A DNA stretch of 64,000 bases, taken from Promethearchaeota archaeon. GTDB lineage: Archaea > Asgardarchaeota > Lokiarchaeia > Sigyniarchaeales > SOKP01. The translations under genes were made by a program, and so were the position numbers. Of the stretch, positions 31,257 through 41,376 are shown piece by piece. The stretch is from the NCBI GenBank assembly GCA_029838195.1, contig JALGVJ010000024.1:1-64000 (forward strand), read 5' to 3'. Positions within the stretch are counted from its first letter, which is position 1; every line of letters starts with the position of its first letter. The notes beneath the pieces were generated by a model. It was given only the letters and a program-made list of their open reading frames with translations. It had not been told where the DNA came from and ran no database searches.

Positions 31257-31882
31257 CTACTTTTCTCCCTCCTTTAATTTATTAAGAAATTCTTGAGCCT
31301 CTTTTTTTCCCAATTCAAATGCTTCTAAATTCTTTTCCAAAGCTGATTTGGGAACAAATTCTTTAATTGTCTCTATAGCGGCCTCCTCAGAAAAAAGCCC
31401 GGAGAGAACGGTAAACGCTCCAAACAAGATGGTGTTGCCATATACCCGATCCCCGAACTTTTCTAACGCCATTTTCTGAACCGGAATCGCCAACGATTTT
31501 ACTCGTGCCGCTGTCTTGAACTTGCTTATCGTGGAAGGATCCCATAATAAAAATCCCGTATCTTTTCCCTTCTTTAACTGATTTTTTTTGACATCTTTCG
31601 CCGCCTCCTCAGATAAAATGATCAAAAAATCATAGGGCTCCAAGGCTTTTGGATAATCTATGAGTTTTGTTTCCCTATCTCTATCCACCACGACCTCAGC
31701 CCAACATTTTCCTCCCCGTGCAGATGCTGAATAAGCTTCTGTTTGCGTGGCAGCCAAGCCCTCGTGGATAGCACTTGCCATGGTGATCATCTTCGAGAGG
31801 GTGATAACGCCATAGTCTTTAAGAGGATATCTCTTTAAATTTGACCACCAAACCCGGAAATCCTAATCTCATATCTGTCCAT
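31257..31882 (-). CDS. korC: 2-oxoacid:ferredoxin oxidoreductase gamma subunit; split gene, exon1 31882-31841, exon2 31811-31257, 198 aa spliced
   Basis: MDRYEIRISGFGGQ|GVITLSKMI..., AYSASARGG, NTILFGA, NLEAFELG; GAGGT SD upstream of 31882. Confidence 0.88.
31812..31840 (-). other. 29-nt BHB-type intron in the gamma-subunit mRNA
   Basis: GGTC/GACT 4-bp helix, bulges AA|A and AT|G, intron hairpin TTTAAAGAG-ATATC-CTCTTAAA; removal restores the frame and GFGGQGV. Confidence 0.88.
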
Positions 31883-31887
31883 GGTAT

Positions 31888-32799
31888 TTACCTCATCGCT
31901 ATTTCTTGAATTTTTCTATATTCTTCAGAATATTCAGGTTTATCTGGTTCGTAGCGAAATTCTCCAATGACATACTTGTTAAACAACTCTTTTTCGGTCA
32001 TGAACTTGGCTTGATTAATCCGAACCGAATTTCGCTTGATCCAGTCCATCATGATGCCTGCTCGATCCATCTTCACGCCTTTTTCTCCTACATCCTCCGC
32101 TCCTAAACTGCTCAAGTTTTTTCTGCCAAAATACGTAACGCATGGCGTGATTATTTCGATGACTGACGTGCCTTTATGTCGCAAGGCCTTTTTAAAATAT
32201 TTCATGAAAGTACGGGGATGAGCCACGGTTGTTCGGGCCACGTACGTTGCTCCTGCGGCCAATGCCAATTGCACGCCATCGCTTCTATTTTCAAACATCT
32301 TGTAAGGCGTGGTGGTGCTATTAGCACCATAAAGGGTTGTAGGAGCTCCCTGCCCGCCCGTCATGGCATAAATGCTGTTGTTAAAGATGAATAAAATCGC
32401 ATCCAAATTTCGACGGCATAAGTGAATGAAATGATTTCCTCCAATTCCCAAGCAATCTCCATCACCGGAAAATATGATCGGCTTCAATTTCGGGTTTGCC
32501 ATCTTAATACCCGTGGCAATCGCCGGCGCTCTACCATGTAATGTTAAGATTTTTTGAGCGGCATGATGCACGATTAACATTATTTGTGAATAACAGCCAA
32601 TTCCTACAACTAATGGATATAATCTGGGATCTAATTTCTCATCCTCAAACACGCGGGTATAAATTTGCCCAATTATGCCATAACCGCATCCTGCACAAAA
32701 TCTAGTGGTAAAATTCCCAAAAAGCTTGCCCCCATAAGATGAAGTTAAATAGGGATGTTCAGGCTTCTCGTTTGGAAGCATCTGGCCAATCTCACTCAT
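31888..32799 (-). CDS. korB: 2-oxoacid:ferredoxin oxidoreductase beta subunit (TPP-binding)
   Basis: FCAGCG, GIGC, HGRA, GDGD...GGNH, NNSIYAMTGGQ. Confidence 0.92.
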   Translation of the reverse strand: MSEIGQMLPNEKPEHPYLTSSYGGKLFGNFTTRFCAGCGYGIIGQIYTRVFEDEKLDPRLYPLVVGIGCYSQIMLIVHHAAQKILTLHGRAPAIATGIKMANPKLKPIIFSGDGDCLGIGGNHFIHLCRRNLDAILFIFNNSIYAMTGGQGAPTTLYGANSTTTPYKMFENRSDGVQLALAAGATYVARTTVAHPRTFMKYFKKALRHKGTSVIEIITPCVTYFGRKNLSSLGAEDVGEKGVKMDRAGIMMDWIKRNSVRINQAKFMTEKELFNKYVIGEFRYEPDKPEYSEEYRKIQEIAMR

Positions 32800-32800
32800 T

Positions 32801-33976
32801 TTATTTTGCCACCTCTCTTATTGCATTTAATATATCATCTGGATGATGAAATTCGCATACTTTTGGTATTCTAATGATGGGAGTATCGGGATTAGTCACA
32901 CGCTCTACTTGTTCGGCAATGAATCCGGTATAATTCAATTCCGGAACGATTATCGCTTTGGCATCTTTTATAATCTCTCTAACTTTTTTGAGAGGAAAGG
33001 GCCACACAGTTATTAATCGTAGGATTCCCACTTTAATTCCTTCCTCTCTTGCGATATCCACGGCCCGATAGCTGGAGCGAACGGGAAGGCCATACGCAAC
33101 GATAATGATTTCAGCATCTTCCAGCTTGTAAGTATCCATTAAAGTAATATCGTCAATATTGCTATTGATTTTTTCCAATAGCATCTCTACAAATTGACCG
33201 GGCTTTGGAGTGGGCAATCCATCTGGCCCATGAGGTTGATGAATTAATAGGGAACTTCCGAATTTCGTGCCCATTTGAGAAGGAGGGGGAATGACATACT
33301 TTCCGGATTTAGGGTCCAGATATGAAAAGATTCGACCTCCGACTTCTTCTGGTACTTTTCTCTCCACCACGTGCTCTAAAATCTCTTTTTTGGAAGGTAT
33401 TTTCACTACTTCGTGCAAATGTCCTAAATACGCATCAGATACAATAAATACAGGACATCTATACAACTCGGCATAATTAAAAGCAGTAATGGTCAAATCA
33501 AACAATTCCTGGCAACTCATGGGAGCAATGGCAATAACCTGAAATTCTCCATTACCGGCAAAGCGCATGAGCCCAAGATCATTATGATGAGGCTCCGTCA
33601 CGAAGCCCGTACCGGGTCCATTTCGCTGCACGTCACAAAACACGAACGGGACTTCTAAATTTGCCGCCATGGATATCGTTTCGGTCATTAAACTCAAACC
33701 TGGCCCAGATGTCGCCGTCATGGCTTTTGCTCCCACTAATGACGCACCAATCACGGCATTAATGGATGCCAATTCATCTTCCATTTGCATGCAACATCCT
33801 CCTACTTGCGGTAATCGCATGGCTAAATGCTCTATTACTTCAGTACTCGGAGTAATCGGATATCCGCCAAAAAATTTCAATCCTGCGGAAATGGCTCCTT
33901 CTGCCATGGCAACATTCCCCATCATGAGATATTTTCCTTCCGGTAAAAACCTTTTTCCATTATCTTCTTCACTCAT
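32801..33976 (-). CDS. korA: 2-oxoacid:ferredoxin oxidoreductase alpha subunit
   Basis: GYPITPSTE, QMEDE, TATSGPG, QRNGPGTG. Confidence 0.92.
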   Translation of the reverse strand: MSEEDNGKRFLPEGKYLMMGNVAMAEGAISAGLKFFGGYPITPSTEVIEHLAMRLPQVGGCCMQMEDELASINAVIGASLVGAKAMTATSGPGLSLMTETISMAANLEVPFVFCDVQRNGPGTGFVTEPHHNDLGLMRFAGNGEFQVIAIAPMSCQELFDLTITAFNYAELYRCPVFIVSDAYLGHLHEVVKIPSKKEILEHVVERKVPEEVGGRIFSYLDPKSGKYVIPPPSQMGTKFGSSLLIHQPHGPDGLPTPKPGQFVEMLLEKINSNIDDITLMDTYKLEDAEIIIVAYGLPVRSSYRAVDIAREEGIKVGILRLITVWPFPLKKVREIIKDAKAIIVPELNYTGFIAEQVERVTNPDTPIIRIPKVCEFHHPDDILNAIREVAK

Positions 33977-33986
33977 GTTATCCCTC

Positions 33987-34268
33987 CTAAGTTTTGGCTT
34001 TTTTAGCTTCTACCGATGATAATTGGCTTTCATCTAAAATATAAATTGCCCAATCAGGACATCCAAATTCACATCGACGGCATGCTGTACAATATTTTTC
34101 TTTTCCCTCTTTCACTTTCGGAATAAACGATACTCTCATGTTAAGCTCATCGCTCATTTCCAAGATTCCCGTGGGACAGAGCGTCACGCACGATTCGCAA
34201 CCTCCGCAGCGGTTCTTATTCAAGAAGAGGACAAAATGTTTTTCTTTATTTTCGATTAATTTTGGCAC
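33987..34268 (-). CDS. korD: 2x[4Fe-4S] ferredoxin (oxidoreductase delta subunit)
   Basis: CGGCESCVTLCP, CTACRRCEFGCPDWAI; first gene of the operon. Confidence 0.85.
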   Translation of the reverse strand: MPKLIENKEKHFVLFLNKNRCGGCESCVTLCPTGILEMSDELNMRVSFIPKVKEGKEKYCTACRRCEFGCPDWAIYILDESQLSSVEAKKAKT

Positions 34269-34701
34269 GGTTTAATCAACTCGTTTTAATTAAATTTTAT
34301 TCATTTAGCTAAATGAATGATAAGATAAAAATACCATTTTGAATGAATAAAAGATACACTACTTAAACTAAATTTTTTCCTAAAAAATTTAACGTAAAAA
34401 TATGAAATAGACTTATTATTTTAGTAAGAATGGATTTATTTTCAAGCTTCCATTATCTTGAGAAAACACGCTTTCTGGATGAGATTTGTCATGATTTTAT
34501 CATTTAAGTTTCATGAAATTTTTTTTCTTACAATTATTTGTTTAGTATTTTAGCTCTACTCTATAATTTGGGTTTAGAACCGAGAGATAATTTTCATGTA
34601 AATTTCATAGAACTATTAAAATTGTTCATGAATTCAAAGAAAATTCAATTAAAAATAGAAAAAATTCACGTAAATTTTCGGCAGCTGGTAAAAATTAGAT
34701 A

Positions 34702-35898
34702 TCATGTTAATTCTTGGTATTCTTCTATTATTTTATCTGCAACGTCCATGGTGCTTCCATGTTTTCCTTCTTTCCCAAAGTTAGGAGGCAAGGCATCTTT
34801 TGGTAGATATCTCCAATTTTTCTCGGGCTTTAATCCTCCCGCCAGTGTGTTTCTCAACGCTTCTAATAAGTTTTTGGATTCTTTTTCAAATCCCAAATAA
34901 TCCAGCATCATAGTGGCAGAAATTACGGTAGCAGCGGGATTTGCGATGTTTTGACCGGCAATATCGGGGGCTGAACCATGCGTGGGTTCAAAATAGGGAG
35001 TTCTGGGGCCATATACTCCCGAACCCGCAACACCTAATCCGCCTACAATCTGAGCGGCTTCATCTGATAAAATATCCCCGTACATGTTGGGCAATACGAT
35101 GGTATCATGATAATCAGGAAAGCGGATTAATCGTGCTGCGAAATCATCGACGATATACGTTTCCACCTTGAGAGAGGGATAGTCCTCTTTTGCAATTTTT
35201 TTAATTCTATTGATGAACATGCCGTCTTGAGAACGCAAGACATTGGGCTTGCAAACGATTTCAAGCAACCCTTTCCCTATCCCTTCTTCCAATCGTTTTA
35301 AGCAAAGCTCACATGCGACCCTTCCGATTCGATCGGTCGCACGAGGCGAGACTACACGTAAGGCGTAAATAGCATTTTCCGTCCACCTTTCGGCATCGGG
35401 CTTATATATTAATCCTTTTTTAATTAATTTTTTTAATTTTCCTTCTTTTCCGGTAGCCGCATACATACCCTCCGTACATTCTCGCACGAATACATAATTA
35501 ATATTTTCTACGTACTCTTGTTTAAGAACGGTATGCATTCCCTTAAAATACATGATGGGTCGAATATTTGCGAAATTTCCAAGCCCCCATCGCAAATAGG
35601 CGATCACTTGGATCGCACTTTCATGAGTTGCTCCGAAAAGCACGGCATCGCACTGATCAATAGCTTTTTTAGTTTCATCCGGAAAGGCATTCCCATGAGT
35701 TTTTAAGGCACTTTCTCCGCACGGCATGGTTCTTATTTCTATTCCTTTAATTTTCATGTATTCTAAGATTTTCACCGTAGCATTAACCACTTCCGGCCCT
35801 ATTCCGTCTCCTCCTAATGCCACCACTTTTTTTATTGATTTATTTAGATTTGGACATTTTAAGACATTATTTGACCGGTTATTCATATTTATTATCAT
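34702..35898 (-). CDS. isocitrate/isopropylmalate dehydrogenase family protein
   Basis: GDGIGPEV, RECTEGMY, NMYGDILSD, FEPTHGSAPDIAG; start uncertain. Confidence 0.9.
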   Translation of the reverse strand: MIINMNNRSNNVLKCPNLNKSIKKVVALGGDGIGPEVVNATVKILEYMKIKGIEIRTMPCGESALKTHGNAFPDETKKAIDQCDAVLFGATHESAIQVIAYLRWGLGNFANIRPIMYFKGMHTVLKQEYVENINYVFVRECTEGMYAATGKEGKLKKLIKKGLIYKPDAERWTENAIYALRVVSPRATDRIGRVACELCLKRLEEGIGKGLLEIVCKPNVLRSQDGMFINRIKKIAKEDYPSLKVETYIVDDFAARLIRFPDYHDTIVLPNMYGDILSDEAAQIVGGLGVAGSGVYGPRTPYFEPTHGSAPDIAGQNIANPAATVISATMMLDYLGFEKESKNLLEALRNTLAGGLKPEKNWRYLPKDALPPNFGKEGKHGSTMDVADKIIEEYQELT

Positions 35899-36254
35899 TA
35901 AATAAAAATTTCAACCTCATTATTTATATAATTAAAGGATTTAATTATGACCCTTTTTCCTTGGGAAAAATAAAATTTTAAGCACGCCTTGAAAAACTAA
36001 TAATTTTGAGGTGTAAAATGTCTTGAATCCTTTGTAGGAAGAAAAAATGATTAGGTTTATTTTTCCCAAAAATTTTCCCCTAAACAATAGGTTATTAAAT
36101 CCTGTTAAATTCACGGTGTTAAAAATACCGAGTTATTTTCATTTTAAAATCAAATGGAGAAAAATTCATTATTTCTTATGCCATAGAATTTATTTTTTAT
36201 TGGACCATGATTATTAGTAATAATTAGATCATTGAAAAAGAAATAAAAAAATAA

Positions 36255-37001
36255 ATGAAAAAGATGACAAAACTTCTTTATTTAGGATGTTTATCCCGAA
36301 ATCGATTTAAAAACACGTGTGAGAATGCTATAAAATTGGTTCAAGCCATTGATCCGGAATATGCGGTGTTAGAGGATGCCCCTTGTTGCGGGTCCTTGAC
36401 GTTTCACGTTTCCAATGACCAGGAACTCAAAAAACACGTGGAATTTGTTAATCAATGGTTCAAGGATAATAACGTGGAAAAATTAGTTACAATTTGCGCA
36501 GGCTGTTATAGATATTTAACCGGTTATTATCCCGAACTTTTAAAAGATGATTTTAAGGTAGAAGTCAAGCATTTATTACAATTCATGGCTGAGGATGTAA
36601 ATTTAAAGAAATTAAATTTGAAAAATGAGAAGAAAAAATTAGTGGTGAATTATCATGATGCGTGCCATTTAAAAAACGCAGACCCTCCCATTCTTGAAGA
36701 GCCGAGAAAGATTTTAAATTCAATTGAAAATGTAGAGGTGTTCGAAATGGAAAATAATCGATTAAATAGCATCTGTTGCGGGGCAGGGGGCGGAGTGTAT
36801 TCAATCTTTAAAGAAAATAGTGATTATAATGCCAAAACCATCTTCGATCAAATGAGAAAAGGAAAAGCCTTGTTAACGGCGTGTCCTTTTTGCTATAATG
36901 CATTAACCCGCATTCGTGAAGAGAATAATATTAAAAAACCGGTAATTAAATTTGAAGATTTTATTGTAAAATTAATGGAAGGAGAGGATCCTTTAAAATG
37001 A
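36255..37001 (+). CDS. CCG-domain Fe-S oxidoreductase subunit (LutA/GlpC/HdrB-like)
   Basis: CCG twice, CAGC, YHDACH, ACPFC. Confidence 0.85.
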   Translation: MKKMTKLLYLGCLSRNRFKNTCENAIKLVQAIDPEYAVLEDAPCCGSLTFHVSNDQELKKHVEFVNQWFKDNNVEKLVTICAGCYRYLTGYYPELLKDDFKVEVKHLLQFMAEDVNLKKLNLKNEKKKLVVNYHDACHLKNADPPILEEPRKILNSIENVEVFEMENNRLNSICCGAGGGVYSIFKENSDYNAKTIFDQMRKGKALLTACPFCYNALTRIREENNIKKPVIKFEDFIVKLMEGEDPLK

Positions 37002-38302
37002 GCGGGAAAGGAAAGGAAATCTATGAGGAAATAAAGGCAAAAATTGACTTGCTAAAAGATGAGAATTCTGTTTATAGTAAGTTTGGAGAAATTTGGAAAC
37101 TTGCAGGCTTGGGGAAATATAGATCATTTGATTTAAGATATCTCTATGAGGATACAAGTAGAGAATTTGTCAATAAATATAAATCCCAATTAATTGCCAT
37201 GCGAAATGATTTTTTAGAAAATATTGAAGGATATGTGAAAAAATGCATTAACGTCATGGAAAAAACCAATAAATTTAAGGTGTATTATGCTAAGACAAAT
37301 GAAGAAGCTCAAGAAATTTTCATGAAGGAATTGGGGGAAAATAAAGTTATATATAAATCAAAATCTTTAGAAGCTAAAGACATTGGAATCATTGATGTAT
37401 TAAAAAAGAACAATATTGAGATTAAAGAAACGGATTTAGGAGATGTTCTCTGCCAATTATTTGATTATAAGTATCCGAGTTTTACTCTAGCTCCGGGAAT
37501 ACAATTTACGGAAGAAGAAATTGTAGCAAAAATTAAAGAAAAATACGGTGTAGAGCTTAAACCAGAAGCCGAAGAAATAGTGAATTTTTACAGGAAAACC
37601 TATAGACCAGAATTGCTAAATGATGTCAAAATTTCTTTAACCTCAGCAAACGCAATTTCAGCACATGATGGTTCTATTGTTTTAATAGAGAATGAAGGCA
37701 ACATAAGCCTTCTCACGAGAGCTACAGAAAAGCATATCGTAGTAGCCGGAATCCAAAAAATAGTACCGGATATTCTTGATGCTGTACTCGTCGCTAAAAT
37801 TCAAGAAAGGATAACGAATGTAGATGGTGCATATATAAGTTTAATTTCCGCACCATCAAACACTTCAGATATAAAAGGAAAACGCGTTATGGGCATGTAT
37901 GGAGCGAAAGAAGTTGTTGTAATCCTTGTAGATGATTGGAGAATAGCTGCTGTGAAAGAAAATAAGTTTTATAAGGATATTCTCAAGTGTGTCTCTTGTA
38001 AATCGTGTGATTTCGTCTGCACAGCTTCAAGAGCGTTTGGGAATATCTACGCTTCAAAATATGGCATTGGAGCAATAAACATCATAAGAGATTACATTCA
38101 TAATGGCATTGAAGCGGCGGTCAAAGATGGGTTATTTTTATGCACGGGATGCGAGAATTGTAAGAACTGGTGTCCTGTTGAGATAAATCTGGGCGAAATG
38201 ATGAGAGAGTTAAAAAGAGAAGCGACAAGAAGAGGCCTCTGTCCTCCCCCTCTTGAAGCTTATAAAGAAAAAATATTTAAGGAAAAAGATCCTTTTAAAT
38301 GA
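36998..38302 (+). CDS. LUD-domain Fe-S protein (LutB-like)
   Basis: KSKS, ETDLG, ENEGN, CVSCKSCDFVC, CTGCENCKNWCP. Confidence 0.85.
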   Translation: MSGKGKEIYEEIKAKIDLLKDENSVYSKFGEIWKLAGLGKYRSFDLRYLYEDTSREFVNKYKSQLIAMRNDFLENIEGYVKKCINVMEKTNKFKVYYAKTNEEAQEIFMKELGENKVIYKSKSLEAKDIGIIDVLKKNNIEIKETDLGDVLCQLFDYKYPSFTLAPGIQFTEEEIVAKIKEKYGVELKPEAEEIVNFYRKTYRPELLNDVKISLTSANAISAHDGSIVLIENEGNISLLTRATEKHIVVAGIQKIVPDILDAVLVAKIQERITNVDGAYISLISAPSNTSDIKGKRVMGMYGAKEVVVILVDDWRIAAVKENKFYKDILKCVSCKSCDFVCTASRAFGNIYASKYGIGAINIIRDYIHNGIEAAVKDGLFLCTGCENCKNWCPVEINLGEMMRELKREATRRGLCPPPLEAYKEKIFKEKDPFK

Positions 38303-38444
38303 TTCAAATTTTCCTTTTTTTTGTCCTTCTTTTTTTTTTAAATTCATGAAATCAGCGATTAGTGTTTCCTGATCTGTCCTCAAGAGTAATGGGATGGAAT
38401 TAAATCTTTAAAAAGTAAATAATTATAATGTTTGAGAAAGAACC

Positions 38445-39662
38445 ATGAAAACCGTTAAAGTCGCAATAGTCGGAGCGGGTTTTGCAGCGAATCTCCATTT
38501 AAAAACATTTAAACGCCTTCATGGGGTTGCTGTTGAGGTAATCGGTATTACCTCAAAATATGAAGAAAGTGCCAAACAATTTTGTTTCACCTATGGTTTA
38601 GACCCGGCTATTATTCATGAAAACGCTGAAACCTTAATTCGGAAAGCAGATGCGGATGTTATTGATTTAGTCGTTCCTACATGGCTCCATGTACCACTTG
38701 CCATCTTAGCAGCAGAAAATGGAAAACATGTTATATGTGAAAAACCTCTCACCGGCTATTTTGGAGATCCTGGCGTTCCTATTGAGCAGCGAGAAAACGT
38801 GGGACTCATTGACAAAAAAATAATGTTAAAGAAAGTTCTCGTGGATTGCAAAAAGATTCATGATGTTTTTAAGCGTTCTTCTACTCGCTTTTGTTATGCG
38901 GAAAATTGGGTGTATGCACCTCCCATTACAAAAGCAAAACGTCTTTTACAAAGCTCGCGGGGGAAAATTCTTGAAATTAGAGGGGGAGAAAGTCATTCGG
39001 GCTCTCATTCTAAATACGCTTCCGAATGGAAATATACCGGGGGCGGTTCTCTCGTGCGCATGGGTGCTCATCCCTATGGTGCCGCAATTCATTTAAAAAT
39101 TTGGGAAGGAATGATGAGGAACGGCACGCCCATCTATCCACGTTCAATTACCGCTATCACTGCTAAATATCGAGAATTTCTTGATGAGCTCCCTTCCGAA
39201 CAGGATTATATTCGCTCGCGACCTAAAGATGTGGAAGATTGGTCATGCGGAATTTTGACTTTTGAAGATAATACTAATAGCGTCATTTTTGGTTCTGATG
39301 TGACCTTAGGTGGCATCGAAAATTGGATGAATATTCATGCGAGCAATGTCCGAATTGAATGTAAAATCTCTAATAATAATTCTGTGATGGCTTATGCACC
39401 CACGGAAGCGCAATTTAAGAATGAGTATACCATTGAGAAAATCGAAACCAAGGCAGGATGGAGTCACGCTCAACCGGATGAAGAATGGATGACGGGATAT
39501 CCCTTTGAAATGCAAGATTTCATGGAATGCCTGTTAAACGACAGAGAACCTCAATCCAACTTGGAATTAGCCATTTGGACGACAAAGGCTATGTATTCGG
39601 CATATCTTTCGGCTGAAACGGGGCAGAGAATCGAAATTCCTAAAGGATTTTCATTAGATTAA
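38445..39662 (+). CDS. Gfo/Idh/MocA family oxidoreductase
   Basis: VGAGF, CEKP, YAENW, GGGSL..MGAHP. Confidence 0.9.
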   Translation: MKTVKVAIVGAGFAANLHLKTFKRLHGVAVEVIGITSKYEESAKQFCFTYGLDPAIIHENAETLIRKADADVIDLVVPTWLHVPLAILAAENGKHVICEKPLTGYFGDPGVPIEQRENVGLIDKKIMLKKVLVDCKKIHDVFKRSSTRFCYAENWVYAPPITKAKRLLQSSRGKILEIRGGESHSGSHSKYASEWKYTGGGSLVRMGAHPYGAAIHLKIWEGMMRNGTPIYPRSITAITAKYREFLDELPSEQDYIRSRPKDVEDWSCGILTFEDNTNSVIFGSDVTLGGIENWMNIHASNVRIECKISNNNSVMAYAPTEAQFKNEYTIEKIETKAGWSHAQPDEEWMTGYPFEMQDFMECLLNDREPQSNLELAIWTTKAMYSAYLSAETGQRIEIPKGFSLD

Positions 39663-39687
39663 TCGATATTCATTATCATGTTAGAAA

Positions 39688-41346
39688 ATGAAGAAACGAC
39701 ATTATATCATTCAAGAACTTCTAGAACAAATACCTTGGGACGATTTCCTTAATGAAATGGAGGATCATGGCTTTATCAAAAGCTCTCATGAGGATTTTAC
39801 TCATGAAGTTCCAAAGTGGGCCAATAGAAGCCTCCTTCAATCAGGAAAATTAATGTTTATTGATAACATGATTCAAGGCGGAGCCATACGGGATGCCTCT
39901 TACCTTCATCTCTTACCGCACATTGTTTTTCAGCCCAAAACAGAAACTCAATTACACGAGATTGTCATGACTTCCCAAAAATATAAAATCCCCATGACTT
40001 TTGCTTCGGGCAAAACCGGACTTTCTGGAGCTTTCGCTAACTACGCAATAATTGTAGATTTATCAAGCCTTCATTCCCTTTCTGCCCCTTTCCGGATTAA
40101 TTTTGAAGAAGCGAGATTACTCACCGAGCAAGGCGTGCTCGTATCAGATTTAATCAAATGGGTGTCATGGGCAAGTAAAGGCGAGTATATTTTTCCCGTT
40201 CAACCCTCGAGTGCTTTAAAACTTCCAGTTCGCGTTGGGGGAATAATAGCAACGGATGCAAGTGGCTTAACCTCCGGAAAATTAGGATCCACTAAAGATT
40301 GGGTTGAATACATGCGTATCATGAAACCAAATGGAGAAATTGTTCAAGTCACTAAATCGGATTCGATTTTTCATGAAATAATAGGGGGAGAAGGTCAACA
40401 TGGAATCGTTTTAACGGCTTCTTTCAAATTATGTAAAGCGCCTAAGAACGCTACTAATGTAGTTTTATATGGTTCTAATATTGAAAAAGCATTTGAGGGC
40501 CTCCATGAAGTTCAAAAACTTAAAGTTTTTCCTTTAATTAGCGAATTCATCGTCTCTCCGTTTAATTTAACAGAAAAATTTAAAGTTTACTTTCAAAATC
40601 CTGATAAAAATGAGCATGAAAGGGTTGAATGGATGGTTCTTTTAAAAGGAACTTCGAATCTCATGGATCAATTTATCGAAATCATGAAAAACCATATTAA
40701 TTTAAAATTATCCCAATTAAATGACTTGGAATTTAGTAATCTCTTAAAAGAGAGAGCTTCCATTTCTCTTAACTCATATACGGAAGATCCTAAAGCTAAA
40801 ATCTTAAAAATCCCTGGTTTCGAGGATATCTTGCTTGCTCCCAAGGATGTTCCACGGGTGGTTAATTTTTTAAACACAAAATTCAAGCAAAAGGGATTCG
40901 AACGAGTCATTTTAGGATATGGGCATTTAAATTTCCAAAGAGGGCAAGGCGCCCTCCTTCATTTCCGATTACCGGTACCCATTCACTACTTTCTTGAAAA
41001 TAAAGAATCCTATTTTCGATTCCTCGCAGAAGTTTTCCATGATATCATTATCTCATTAAAAGAAAAATATCATGTGAAAGTGAAGGCAGAACATGGAACG
41101 GGACCATTTAAAATATGGGTAGATCTCGGTTATCGGGAAACTTTAAGAAAAAAAATAGAAGAGGGAAATGCGTTTCACAATCCTCATTTAAAAATTTTCG
41201 ATAAACTCACAGAATATAAAATTCTGAACAAAATAAGCGGGATAAGTGAAAATCTTAATTATGAAAAAAAATTGAAGAAACATTACGAAAAAGAAATCTT
41301 TATTGATTGCATGAGTTTATATTTCTCAAATGGCTTGAGTTGTTGA
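39688..41346 (+). CDS. FAD-binding oxidoreductase (GlcD/D-lactate dehydrogenase-like)
   Basis: GKTGLSG, VGGIIATDASG, GGEGQHGI, AEHG. Confidence 0.8.
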   Translation: MKKRHYIIQELLEQIPWDDFLNEMEDHGFIKSSHEDFTHEVPKWANRSLLQSGKLMFIDNMIQGGAIRDASYLHLLPHIVFQPKTETQLHEIVMTSQKYKIPMTFASGKTGLSGAFANYAIIVDLSSLHSLSAPFRINFEEARLLTEQGVLVSDLIKWVSWASKGEYIFPVQPSSALKLPVRVGGIIATDASGLTSGKLGSTKDWVEYMRIMKPNGEIVQVTKSDSIFHEIIGGEGQHGIVLTASFKLCKAPKNATNVVLYGSNIEKAFEGLHEVQKLKVFPLISEFIVSPFNLTEKFKVYFQNPDKNEHERVEWMVLLKGTSNLMDQFIEIMKNHINLKLSQLNDLEFSNLLKERASISLNSYTEDPKAKILKIPGFEDILLAPKDVPRVVNFLNTKFKQKGFERVILGYGHLNFQRGQGALLHFRLPVPIHYFLENKESYFRFLAEVFHDIIISLKEKYHVKVKAEHGTGPFKIWVDLGYRETLRKKIEEGNAFHNPHLKIFDKLTEYKILNKISGISENLNYEKKLKKHYEKEIFIDCMSLYFSNGLSC

Positions 41347-41376
41347 CATGATGCTTCTTTTTTATGTTAAATTAAA

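Noticed and set aside
31812-31840. Programmed frameshift or sequencing error in the gamma subunit
   Set aside because: A 29-nt structured insert splits an invariant motif; a one-base shift would leave ~10 extra residues in it.
32070-32120. Extra residues (LSSLGAEDVGEKGV) in the beta subunit as a hidden in-frame intron
   Set aside because: Purine-rich, no hairpin or BHB found; looks like a coding loop.
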